Part shown: in pieces, positions 1 to 12,326 of the stretch
How positions within the stretch are numbered: the stretch's first letter is position 1
Layout of the letters: every line of letters begins with the position of its first letter
From: Spirogloea muscicola
Lineage: Eukaryota
Assembly (NCBI GenBank): GCA_009602725.1
Contig: WELB01000018.1
Coordinates: forward strand, 352,524 to 416,523
Length of the DNA: 64,000 nucleotides
Direction: 5' to 3'
Notes under the pieces: generated by a model
The model's database searches: none
Seen by the model: the letters and a program-made list of their open reading frames with translations, nothing else
Told to the model about the DNA's origin: nothing
Made by a program: the position numbers and the translations under genes

Positions 1-170
1 GGCCACCAAGTCGACCCGGCGCGTGTGAAGTCCGTCGGCCTTCTGGAGGATTGGCATGATGGAAGTGTTTTCCGTCGCCACCGTGTAGCCGGCTTCCACA
101 AATATGCCAAACATGGCATCCCTGAGGAGGTCATGTGCAGCGGTGCGTTCCCCTCCCGTGGCGCAGCGGA
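1..170 (-). mobile_element. 5'-truncated RLE-type (CRE-like) non-LTR retrotransposon fragment, runs off window edge
   Basis: Minus strand reads LRCATGGERTAAHDLLRDAMFGIFVEAGYTVATENTSIMPILQKADGLHTRRVDLVA. This closely matches the zinc-knuckle/RLE junction of the copy at 46853-48606 (LRCAKGSKRTGSHNLLRDAMYGIFKEAGYQVALE...RTRRVDLV). Confidence 0.85.
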
Positions 171-282
171 GACCTGAGGGGCGGACAGACTGGGGATGAG
201 GAGGGAGGAGAAGAGGGATCAAGGGTGACGTCAAACGGGAAGGAGGGAGGGAGTGGAAGAGAGGGACAGAGGGGAAATGTGG

Positions 283-284
<2 letters not shown>

Positions 285-361
<77 letters not shown>

Positions 362-412
362 GGCGGAGGAGGAGGAGGAGGAGGAGGAGGAGGAGGAGGA
401 GGAGGAGGAGGA
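285..412. repeat. Compound microsatellite, (GA)n then (GAG)n
   Basis: Directly visible: (GA) run at ~285-358 and (GGA) run at ~366-412. Confidence 0.98.
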
Positions 413-849
413 AGGGAGGGCGGCACAGAGAGGCAAGCCGCTGGATGTGAAGGACAACAAGCGGAAGCCGGAGGCGTGAGGGACGGGGACTGCCGCCACT
501 GCCGAGCTGCTGCTGGCTTCTCCCACTTCTGGGTGGCTGGGTCTCAGCTGCCCCGCCCGCCTGCTCCCTCTCACTCCCTCCCCCCCAGCTCCCTCCCGCC
601 TTCACCTCGTCGCAGCTGACAGCGCAAGCCCGCCCACGTCGCCGGCTGCGCTGCCTCACGCCCGGGACGCGCGCAGAGGGCCCGCCTCAGCCCCTCCGCT
701 ATCGGGGCGACCGCAGCGGCGGGCCTAAGCTCCACCGGCGCCGCCGCCGTCGCCGTCGTCGCCGAGCTGCGGCTGCCAAGGCCTCCGTGGGCGGGCCGCC
801 CTCGCCGAGGCTGCTGCGGGGACGAGGGCGGCCCCTCAGCAGCGCAGCC

Positions 850-3800
850 ATGGGGGCCTCCGGGCGGAGGCCCATGGCACCTCCGAGGCTGGCGGCCGCT
901 GCGTGCGCAGCTTCCGCCTTCGTGCTCGCGTGCTGCTGCACCAACTTGGCGGCGGCAGCGGCAGCAGGTCCGGCCCGCTGCCACTCGATGCCGGCCAGCC
1001 ACGATGGAGGCGGACGGGCTCGCGGCAGCTGGTCTCACGCGCCGCGCTACGGTGTTCGCCATTGTGACTGACAGGAGAAGGTGCGGCCGCGGCGGCCATT
1101 GCCAGAAGCGGCAAGCTCGGCGCCGAGCTGCGGCGCAGCCCACCCTGGGAGGATCCGCAGGGAGCTGCCAGCACGGGCTTCCCCGCGTGGCTGACTGCCG
1201 TGAGTCCCCGGCTCCGAAGCTGAGAGGCTGGCCCCTCGACTGGACCTGTTGCGTCCCACCTTAATGCACTGCTAGACATCGCAATGCGGAGTAGAGCCGC
1301 GGCTGCTGATAACGAATTGTGGGCTGTGATACCCAGCTGAGTGAGGGAAGTCCGGAGAACATGCGCAGCAAGTGCCGTGCCGCCTCTGGCCAACCGAAAC
1401 GCCTTGCTGCTTGTCGAGGCGCCTGCAGGTTGGCGAGCGGCATGACGAGCGCCTTCGCCGCAGGTTGGGAGCAGCTGGAAGCCAGGAGAGCATGGTGCCT
1501 GGGTGGGGGGACGATTTTGGTGTAGCCGGCGGTGCCAGGTAGTCATAACGTCTATAAACGTCGACTCAATCGAGCTTATCTATCTATTTATTTATAACAA
1601 ATTATATTACCTGCCAAAAGTACCATATCTCTACTGCTAGTCCTCTTCTTGCAGTCAAGTGCAGTCAATGAAACGAATTGGCAGTTTCTGTTTGCCAAGG
1701 TGGTAGGGATTGTTCCTTCTGATCCACCAGTTACTGACCTGGAGACAAGCAACGTTGTCTCTGAGGCAGCTACGTCGTCGCACAGGATGGGTCGGGTCAG
1801 TATTCGTCCATCAGCGAGGCGCTTGCGCAGGTGCCCTTCCAGAATGTCGAGCGCATTGTGATCGTTGTCAAGCCCGGCATTTATAAGTGAGCAGGACTGT
1901 CCCTGCGCTACAGTCCCTGCGCTTTCCAGAGATGCTAAGCACAGGCCTCTAGCTGCAGCTCCCCTCTCTCTCAACTCAGTCTGCAAAGCCGTGCATGCCG
2001 TCCTCCCTACTTCCTCACAAAAAACATCAAAAGCATGTGAACAAAAGCTCCCACACACATGCAGCCTAACATGGCAAGCCGTGGTCTTCCATTCTGCTGC
2101 ATCTCATGCTTCTTCACACAACAATGAGTGCGGTGAAGATTTTGTCCTATTCTTGGTCCTATTTGAACGATCTGAAGTCATGCAATGGTCATTGAAGCGA
2201 GTGGTAGTAGTCATTCGTTTGTGCGCTCCTGATGTGGCGTGCGCTGCAGGGAGAAGGTGGTCGTGCCGTGGAGCTCCCCATATGTAACGCTGCAGGGGTC
2301 GGGGGCGGGCTCAACGATCATAACCTGGTCTGACTACGCGGGTGAGATTGTGGACGGGCAGCCCATCACCACATTCTTATCGTGCACGCTGTGCGTCGAT
2401 GCAGACCACTTCATCGCCAGTGGCCTCGTCATAAGGGTCCGTGCTTAGACACCCATTGCCCATTGTTTGGTGCAACATGTTTGGTCCATCCTTTGGCTAC
2501 AAGCCCATGCATGCTTTTCATAGGCTTGTATCATCTAGTTTCACGCCCTCAAAGCCTGCATCGAGGTCTTGCAGTCTGTGTGCTTGGGACTTGTGCGTTA
2601 AGTCCATCGTCTTTCTTGATGCCTCGCAGAATGATTCTCCAGAGCCATCTTGGGGTTCAAAGCTGGGCCAGGCGAGCGCCGTGCGGGTCACCGGGGATGC
2701 CGCTGCCTTCTTCAACTGCGCATTCGTGAGCTGGCAGGACACCTTGTGTGATCACCAGGTGACTCTCATACTCCAAAAGCGATCACCCTAAATCAATTAT
2801 CAGGAGGAGACCAAGCAAGGGAAAGTGCTGTGATGGAATGCCAGACATCTGCTGCTGAGTTGTAGCTTTGGACCTTGGCGGGACACTGCAGGGTCGACAC
2901 TTTTTCCGCAACTGCTACATAGAGGGCTCGGTGGACTTCATCTTTGGCAACGGAACATCAATATACGAGGTACGACAACCAAAATGGTGGTCACAGATGA
3001 TTGTCATAAACACGTGGCAGGGGCTGGACTTGTTGTCATTGGAGCAACTTGCCACGCAACTGGCCCTCATTACTGAGGGCCAGACTCCATCTTGCTGGCA
3101 GGAGTGCACACTGAGGACTAAGGGAACAGGGTGGGGAACCATCACCGCTCAGAACCGGAACAGCCCGTCGCTGCCGACTGGCTTTGTGTTTCTTCGCTGC
3201 AATGTCTCTGGGGTCAATGAGGTGGGGCACACTTGAGCCTCCCAAGCTGTATGGCTTCCTTATGCTCAAGCTATCAAAGACAGGACAAGCCGCAACACGA
3301 CTTCATCAGCAGCATTGCTGTACCACTTATCCATAGAGACCTTCAGAGGATCCTGATCTGAGACTATTGATGTGTGCCTCGCCAGGTATTTCTGGGCCGA
3401 GCATGGGGAGCCGCCAGCCGAGTGGTCTTCGCATACACGTTCTTCGACACCATCCTGCAACCAGGCGGGTGGTCGTCATGGACGTACAGCGACGACACCA
3501 CCGCCATCTTTTACGGGGTGGTGAGGCATCTCTACCTGCCCCCAATACTTGCAATACATTTAGAAATGCCTGTTGTAATGTCAGGGGCTCGTTAATTCGA
3601 GACAATGTGCTATCTGAGCTATAAGCAGATGCTACTGAGGTCAGCCACACAAAACCTGAAACCAGCAATAAGCACCTCCTACTTGACATGCATTGTTCCG
3701 CATATGCTGCAGGAGTCATATCTTGTTGAGCTAATGACAGTACTTCACACGATGGGCAAATTCTTGTCTGTAAAAGGTTGGCATGGTATGCCTTCTCACA

Positions 3801-4355
3801 GAGTGTCCTCGTGTCCTTGACATGCATGTGCAGTACAACTGCTGGGGCCCGACAGCCGAGCAGGCCGTCAAGGAGCGGGCGAGCTTCAGCTACAACCTGA
3901 CCGACGACCAAGCTGCGCCGTTCCTGACATACGCGTTCATCGGGGCGGACGGATGGCTCGGGGGCCTGCCGCCGGCGGCCTCGGATCTATATCCATTGGC
4001 TTCGTACACCCCGCCGCCGTTTGCCGTGCCACCGCCGCCTTTGTTGGGTGATGGCGATGTATTGGTACTGAGCCCCGCAAGCCCCCCACCGCCGCCTCCC
4101 CAAATTCAGCCACCCATGGCCGGGACTACGGCCATCATGGACGGGCCGCCAGTAGCAGTGGCAGTGCTACCCGCCCCAGTGCTCGTCACGAAGTACATGC
4201 AGCGGCAGCAGGCTCATGAGGTGATGTTGAAGAGGTTCAACGACCGTCGGCGCCAGGCTGCGGTCCGGTCACGAGCATGGAGGGTCAAGCGGCGAGCGCA
4301 CATTGCCCGGGGACACAAGTACCGCCTCCGACACCGCCGCTCTCTACGTGTTTGA
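850..4355 (+). CDS. Pectin methylesterase (CE8) with Pro-rich and Arg-rich C-terminal extension, spliced
   Basis: Exons ~1770-1886 ([18 protein letters not shown]), 2250-2436, 2630-2758 ([10 protein letters not shown]...SWQDTL), 2892-2969 ([19 protein letters not shown]), 3102-3221, 3386-3520 (FLGRAWG), 3834-4355. All junctions GT-AG and in phase. The signal-peptide-like first exon from ATG 850 is tentative. Confidence 0.92.
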
Positions 4356-6589
4356 CGTCACTCCAGCTGGGGTATGGTATTGATTGCCAGACTTGTGGGC
4401 GCGCCTGGTCGCAAATGCCAGGCAGCACCTTACTTCACTTCGCAACGCTCTTGGTTGCCAATCCCCAGTCTTTAGTTCTCCGAAGGAGCCGTAGGTGCAC
4501 CTTGTGTGTACGCTTGGAAGGTCCACAGCTAGCTTGTGCACCTTCTTGATGGAGGAAATGAGGATCTTAGAAGAGCTGACGTTGTGGGCTCCTGCAGCCT
4601 TCCTGACTGGGCTGGCTTTGCTAGCTCCTCTTCTCTCAGGGCGCACCATTCTTTGGGCTGGCCTCTCACAGCCACCAGTCAATCCTGACCCGTAGCTAGC
4701 TCAAGCCTTTCCCCCTGTCCCCTTGGTTGCTGCTGCCCTGACGTCACCAGCGGCTCTCGTCCCAGCTTGCGCAGCCATTGTCTTGCGCATGCTGATACGA
4801 CAAGGCCCAGGATTCTTTTACCCTTCAAGATGTATACCAGCTTCTTGAGTTGGAATAACAATGTGGTTTCTGACCTTCTAGATAGCCAGCCTCTCCTTGC
4901 TATTGCCGTACAATCATTCTTCAGTCCACCATTGCTCGCTTCTTGCAAAGGATGTGTAGGGGGAGAGCGAGAAGCAGTCGTGAACATTATGATTTACAGA
5001 GAGACTGTACTTGATCATACAGAAAGAACATGGTAAATCCATGCAGGGGCCTTTCCTGTGACGTGTGCTGGCAGTGCTGTTGCGAGCTGCTAGTCTGGCC
5101 TGCTCTCTCCCTTCTGCATGTCCCACCTGTTGCTCGCTCCTCATGGCCGCTGATGCTTATGTCGTGTCACTTCACTTGAGCATCAGAGTGGCGCAGTTAT
5201 TTCTTCCTTCAGGACCATCGGCACTTATGCAGGTTAGGGACCACGGATGGATGATCCTGGAATTGAACAGCTGTTGCAATGTTACCGTTAGACAGCACCG
5301 TGATGTTGGTCTTCACGTCCTCCGCTTTCGTAGACCCATCCGAGTATGTCAGCAACTTGCAACACAGATTGCACAGCAATTTTAAACATGAACTAGTTTG
5401 GGTCAAACGCCTGTCTGGAACTCCAAGCGTTTGCCTAATGGGAGGGCTTGCAAGCAGCCCCTTTGCAGCACAAGGAACTTAAGATTGTCGCCACTTGAGA
5501 AGCCCCTGAACTGCCGCTTGCGAAGCCAAGGCAATAAAGAATGCGCAACCGATTGGCCACCCCCTGCTCTACTGACAGTGGACAAGGCATGTCGCATCTT
5601 CAGCACCGTATCTTCACTGTCGAACTGTGTGCTCTCAAACAGCACTGCCGCCTTCCAAGTACTTCTGTCAGATCTTCGCTCACTTGCTTGCAGAAAGCCC
5701 ATCGGACGACCACATAGTCATGGCCGTGGCTTGGCCTTTCTCTTGCACAAACTTTACGGCCATGAAGTAAGCATGGGCAGAAAGTACGTCCCACAAAGCA
5801 CAGCCGTCAAATGCCTTGATAGCAGTCACCTCCGAGGGACATTTGGGTAGAATGTTTGAAGGCGATCTATCAGGTAGTAGCTTGCATGGACCAAAGCCCT
5901 GGGCTTTACCGGCCTGGGAGGCAGCAGCTTCCTGAGGAGTCCTGCTTTGTGATGTACTTTGTGGGTGAGGATCATGGCCAGCTCGCAATGTACATCCGTG
6001 TCAATTGCTTGCTCAATATTGTCCAGCGGCTTGGTTGAGATCGGTGGCAGGGGCAGGGGAGGTGAGCAGCCGCCACATTGTCTAGGCTGTAAGTTCGCTG
6101 GCTCACGTGTATCGCATGTCCCTCTCCACTCTCTCCTAAACTGCTGCAGCAGTTCAGGCATTCAGCATCTGCGTGCTTGTTGTCGTGCCTTGGCTGTCAA
6201 CTCCGATTGGTGAAGCTGGGTCGACACCTTGCCGTTTGCTCCTCGTAATGACCTGGGACTGTTGACTTGGGGCTGCTGAATGGCTATCCATAGCAGCCAC
6301 TTATTCCGCTGATTGGTCTGTCCGTACACATGCGGCTTTCCCTCCAACCTCGTCCTTTCTGTTGGGGCTAGCCTGCGGAGCCACAGCCTCTTTCTGGGCT
6401 TCTCATTGTGTATTCCTACTGGTTGCCTTTGCTTGAATACAATATTGGCTTGGCTTGGCCTCCTTTCAATGCGTGCGCAACACGTGCCTTCTCCCTTCGT
6501 GGGGAAGAAGATCACTTGTCTCTGCTCCAATTGTTCCTCCTATGTTAGTCTCTCCTTCTGGAAGGGCTTCTCGGGTTTTGCTCTAGTGG

Positions 6590-7575
6590 AGGAGCTCTCA
6601 CGAGGCGCCCTGGCGGGTTTGATGCGCGACGCCGGGTACCGTGCGGTCGTGGAAGTGAACAACATCATGCCTATCACCACGGATGCCCAGGGACGTCATC
6701 ATCGCCGCACACTTGACATTGTGTGCAACCTGGTGGAGGACCACGGGCCTTGGTCGATGTCGTGGTCACGGAGGCGTATAGAGGTCCAGCATCGACGCAC
6801 ATCGCTGGCCTTGCAGTGGGCAGTGCAGAACAAAGAAAGCTGCAGCACTTCTCCGATCACCCCCAATGCGATCAGCTCCTGCCAGCGGCAGTCGACATCT
6901 TCGGCTGTTTAGGTCCTCGTTTCCACACTCTCCTTCAGAAGATTGCCAATCTAGGCTCCACACGACATGCAGATGTGTTCATGGCAGATACGAAGCCCTG
7001 AGATGGGCTTGCCAGCTGCATATCTGTCGTTCTTGCGGCGACGAATTACGGCCTGTTTGCAGCGTGCTCAAGCTAATGCTTTGCACCAGAAAGCTGGGCG
7101 AGCTCTGGTTGGTGGCCAAAGGGCTTCGTATCTGCCATCTGGTTTTCAGGCTTCGATTAGCGACCTTCATGTTTTGACCCGTGTTTTGACCCCTGAGCGG
7201 GTCAATCTGCTGTAGATTTATGTAGGTCTTCGGATGTGCTTGCCTCTGTACTTGGCCATTTGGCCTTCGTTTGTTTCAAATACACGAAATTGATCTCACG
7301 GGGGCCACCGGCTGTGACAGGCGCTGTCCACACGCGCGCAGGACGCGCTCTGGCCGCGGCCTCCGGGTCTCGGCGGAGTGCCTCCTTCCCTGCCTCGAGC
7401 TACTCGGACCTGATGTTGCTCACTCGCGGGTACTGAGCTTCCCTAGTATGTTGTCGTGATTGGTAGAGTAGAGGAGTCCTTCCTCGGCTTCTCATTCTTC
7501 GGCTTTGGACATTGTCCATTCTCGCTCTTTTGGGCTGGCTTTGCCAGCCCCTCTTTCTTTATGGGCGAGCCTTCT
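6590..7575 (+). mobile_element. Two nested degenerate 3' fragments of RLE non-LTR retrotransposons
   Basis: RRTLDIV...LVDVVVTEAY...AEQRKLQHF...LLPAAVDIFGCLGPRF...RRITACLQRAQANAL (frameshifted). A second C-terminus DLMLLTRGY* ends at 7436, followed by the 3' hairpin GGGCTGGCTTTGCCAGCCC at 7532. Confidence 0.8.
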
Positions 7576-8462
7576 TCTATTGACAGGCCATGCCCGAAGT
7601 AACGACTCAGTGTGCGCGAGTCTCTTCCCTGCAATCAGTGAATGTGGCTCTCCCAGAAGGCGAGCCCTTTCTCCCAGAAGGTAGGGGCTGCAATCCAACT
7701 TGGGCTGGCCTCGCACAGCCATCGGCATGTTGTGCAAGAGCTGCTTCTTTCACATACCCACACTGCCTGCAACGGAAAGAGAGACTGAAGGCGCGCGGTG
7801 CGCATGAATTGAAAGGGTGGCCAATTCAAGCCAATTATATATTGTTCAAGCAAAGAGCTAGTGCAAGAGCTAGTGCAAGAACGAAGGTGCGTATGAACAT
7901 TCGAGAGGCTTATAAAGTCATGGTAACGGGGTGCAATTGTTAAGCCCCCTTGAGGTATGGGACCAGGACGAGCGCCACATGGGCGCGGGGAAGAAAGAAG
8001 GGGGGCGCCATTGCGCTGTCGCCGTCGGTCCGAGGAATATCCAGGCGCTCGGGCGCCCATTGGGCTGACAGGCCACGCGGCGCGCGCTCCGAGGCTGGCG
8101 CGCGGCAGCAGCGTGGGAGCCCGTCGTCACGGGTGGGCCTCGTACGGGGCGGGGGGACCGCGGGTTCCCACCGTCTGGAGACGGTGGGGAGATGGCACAC
8201 TCCGTGCGGGGCCCGTCGCGGCGAGGCCCTCGTCTCGGCGGCGACGTGGGAGAGAGCCTTTTCCGCCACTGAGCTCTGACGTGGGTCTCGTTGTGGGTGC
8301 TGGCTATCCGCCGTCCCGGCCCGACGACGGCCGGGCCGTCGTCTGCCACTGCCACGCCGCCGCCGCCGCCGCCGCCCGCGCCCGCCGCCGCCGCCNNNNN
8401 NNNNNNNNNNNNNNNNNNNNNNNNNNNNNNNNNNNNNNNNNNNNNNNNNNNNNNNNNNNNNN

Positions 8463-11284
8463 GGCGCTGCGGCGGCGGCGCGGTGCTCGCTGAGGCGGCC
8501 CGGCGCCACGCTGCTGACGACGAGGAGAAGGCTGCGCGCCGCCGTCGCCAGCTCCGCGCGGATCCGGCAGGAGGCGCAGCCGTCGCCGCGGGAGACGCTG
8601 GAGAAGGGCCCGGGCTCGCAGAAGGCGGGCGGCGGCCAGCATCACGCCGAGGACGGCGCCCGCAGCCTGTCGTCCAGCAACGGCAGCCATCTGGGAGGTC
8701 CGTCTGGCTGCCGCCTCCCCGCCTTGCCCAGCTGCGGGGAGCTGCCGCCACTGCGCTTGCTGTCTCCGCACCCGCTCGAACCTCCATCTGCTCAGTCAGT
8801 GTCGTATTGTGGAGGTCTTCCGTCACCGTGGCTATGGCAGCGTGAGGTCAGCTCTGACGGCCAGCAGGCTTGGCGCCGGTGCTGGCAATTCAGCGCCCCT
8901 GCATTGCGATAGATGAGCAGCTGGCTGTTGTAGCTCGGGTGACAGACTTGCCCAGTACCTCAGCTGGAAGTAGAGCTTGCTTACAGGCAATCATCGAGGA
9001 GGCATTGTGTCACAGCATGGTGCTTCATGTCTCTTGCTGGGTGCAGATACCATCGAGGCCACGCCAGCGACTAGTGGCGACAACGACAGCGAGAACAGTG
9101 GTGCGGACAACACTGGGGAGATCAGTGCCGGAAGCGCTGCGGTCGGAGGGTCGCTCCTCGCAGCTGCAACAGTGCTGGCGTTTGTGGCCGGCATTGGCGT
9201 CCTTGGCACTGTGTACAAGGACGAGATCAATGGCCTACTGGAGTACTTTGAGGAGTATATAGAGAGTAAGTGCAGCATTTTAGATGACGAATTTGCAGTG
9301 CCAGCCAGCTGTTATTCGCTCTCTTTTGATGTTGTTGGTCCAGTCAGACTTTTATGCAAATTAGAGGAGCTGTGTTGAGGCAGCCTGTTGAGAAACCATG
9401 GCCTTGAGTGCTTCTGCTGCAAATTCATGCTGAGGCAGCCAACAGTAGAAATATAGCCGACGGAATTCATGCAACCTGTTCCGGCTGCTACGGAATTCAT
9501 GACACCTTGCTGGCTTGGAAATTGTAGGTGTTGGTCCCCTTGGTTACGTTGTCTTTGTCATTGGATACGCGGTACTTGAGGTGAGGTCATCACTCCAGCC
9601 TTTTGGTGCTCCCATTGATGCTAACTAAGGACGGCACTGTTAAAGATGCCGGCTTTTCTAGATTCATTGCAGAGGACAAGGCTAAGTTCAAGGTTAAGGA
9701 GAGTGATGAGGCAGGCAAAATTGATTGGAGCTAGGCTTGCTGAACACTTAGATGCACTCTGTCGTTGAGGAAGGACCTGGAGCTGAGTGTGCTGACTTCT
9801 TTTATCTTCAGATTTTGGCGATTCCCGCAATTCCCTTGACAATGTCAGCTGGTCTCTTGTTTGGCACGCTCACGGGCACTATCCTTGTCAGCATATCAGG
9901 CACAGTAAGTTCTTCAATGTGCAAAAAATCGGCCTGGATCCATAACATTACTTGGATCCTAGTTACTTGTCAAATAAAAATACTATTGCTTCACTGTAAG
10001 GGGCGTTCTGAGCAGCCTGTCCAAGTAATGAAGTCAGAGCAGTCATGCCGTGCACGACTTAGGCAGCTGACTAGCAAGCTGCAGTCTGAGAATGACTGTA
10101 GACACTCGGGCTAAAGCATGAGTTAAGAAAAGATTGACAACATGTATGCATTGCTTTGGAGTACGTTAACAATAATCTCCTCATCACTGACTGTTTTCAT
10201 CATTGTGTGCTTAAGTTGGCGGCAACGGGCGCCTTCCTCATTGCCCGATACGTTGCCCGAGACCGAATCATGAAGCTGGCCAAGGGCAACAAGAAGTTCC
10301 TGGCAATAGACAAGGCTATTGGCAAGGACAGCTTCCGGGTTGTTGTCCTGCTGCGTCTTAGCCCGCTGCTGCCCTTCTCCCTTGGCAACTACATCTACGG
10401 GCTTACATCAGTGGAGCTCCTTCCGTACATTGCCGGCAGGTGAGGTGGTCTAGTGTCTCAGTCTTGACTTTGTTACTTGCCTCTGTGCTGCATTGAGGTG
10501 AGAAGATTGGAAATTTGTGAAGGAAGTGATTGCCAATTTGCTAGCGGAACCCAGCTTTTGATACTACAGAAATGCGTGCTATGGATGGCCAATATGAAGA
10601 AGAACTAATCTGCAAACATGCTCACTTAGATCCATCAGGATGTCCTTGGTTTGGCATCTGCTCCCAATTCGCGCTGTGTGCTGGTTGGGTATCTACAGGC
10701 TAGTAGCCAGGAAAAGTTTCATGGATTGAAGTGGTTGCCTTGTTGCAGCTGGCTGGGCATGCTCCCTGGCACGTGGGCATACGTCAGCGCCGGCGCTTTT
10801 GGCAAGAAAGTCATCGTGAGTTGCTGCCGCAGCATAGGAGCTGGCTTTTCTGCTGCGCATGTCTGCAGTGGTTTGGCATCCGTCCTGGTGCCAGAGCTGA
10901 GACGTGCGTCACTTGCCTGTGCACTAACAGCAGCAGGATGAGGGCTCTCCTTTTTCTGGTGGACCTGAGCTCTGGACTCTGGGCCTGGGGTTGCTCTGCA
11001 CCGTTGCAGCTGCCCTGTATGTGACCAATGTTGCCAAGGTTTGTGAGGCTGCTTCCCACACAACACAGTGCACTGTTGTTGATTACTGCATACATGCGAG
11101 TGCAGAACACACAATCATGCGTACAGTGCTTTCATGCTCTTAAAGTGATCTGAATCAGAGAGCACTTGCACACTGTTAGAACAGCGTATTTTCTGCTCCA
11201 GCTTCTTTTCTGCCAATAGCTCTACTTGTTTCTGAGAATTTGCTTTGGACTATGCAGGGTGCAATCAAGGAAGTTGAGGAGTGA
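8463..11284 (+). CDS. TVP38/TMEM64 (SNARE-associated Golgi, DedA/VTT) family membrane protein, probably plastid-type; start lies in the N gap
   Basis: Spliced exons give LEILAIPAIPLTMSAGLLFGTLTGTILVSISGT, AFLIARYVARDRI...DKAIGKDSFRVVVLLRLSPLLPFSLGNYIYGLTSV, SWLGMLPGTWAYVSAG, ending GAIKEVEE* at 11284. Confidence 0.88.
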
Positions 11285-12326
11285 TTGGAGCAGAGTGTGC
11301 TTAGGTCTATTTGGCCGATGTATCTCGTTGCTGCGGATGTCATAAAGCTCATCAATTTTGAAGCCGCCTGTAAGGCCGATGTAGCTTGTCTTTTGAAGAC
11401 CGTGTGGAGCCAGAGCTGGGGCCTCCTTACAGCAGCTAGGAGCTTGAGCCAGAGTATTCTTACGACTGCGTGCATTATTCTCACTAGCCGCAACATGCAG
11501 GAGGTAGTTCTTGTCGTGGTTGCTTTCAGAAGCTCTAGGTACCTGGACTACTGGTTTGTGTGAGCTGTGCAGAGGCTCCAGAGGGGCAGGTCCGCCATAA
11601 GAAGGCCTGCCCTTATGGCTTCTATAGGCACCGTGGACTGTGGAGTAGAACACTTCATGTTGCTCTTGCAAGAGTCTTTGCAAATCTTTGCAAATTGGCA
11701 GACCATTGACATGTCACTGCTATTCTTGATTGTATGATTCAGTTGTGTCCAAACATCTCGCAAGCGCAAGGAGGCCTGCGGGCTAACAACTAGGGCCACC
11801 TGCTGATTGCGTGCATGCACCTAGCCGGTATATGTAAGATCTATGTCCTCCAGGTTGAGCCAATAGCCTTGCTGGTGTTGCCATTATCGTTGGTGTCTAT
11901 TAGCTCGTGCAGTCGAGGGTGTGTCCAAGCCTAAACAGCCGCCATGATAGCTTCAAAGTAGCAGGTGGCTGCTTACACTAGGCGTGTAGCAAGTGCCCAG
12001 TGTATTGTGCATCTTATATTTGTTGAAAGCTACCATGGCCTAAACGCCAAAACGTCCCCGAACAGATATGGAATGTCGATGCTGTTGCTTAGCAAATTGG
12101 CACCCTGCACGATGACTGGCAGCAAGCCCTTGAGGAACTTCCATCAAGATCAGCTTGGCCAAACAACAGTTGCACAGATGACAGCAGGCAACCTCTACTT
12201 TGTGGGCATCTCTATCAGGCATATGGTTGAGGTCCTTCACGAGCACTTGCTATGAGGCATTGTACATCAGCTAGTGTGCAAAGGCAAGGCCAGCTTGCGA
12301 GAAATACTGCCGGAAAGGTGGCCCTA

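Noticed and set aside
131..659. ORFs with poly-S, poly-E, (ER)n and (LS)n
   Set aside because: Translations of the GA/GAG microsatellites.
571..1546. Long overlapping GC-rich ORFs here and at 7918-8845 and 13235-14696
   Set aside because: Stop-poor GC-rich DNA or N-spanning artefacts with no recognisable domains.
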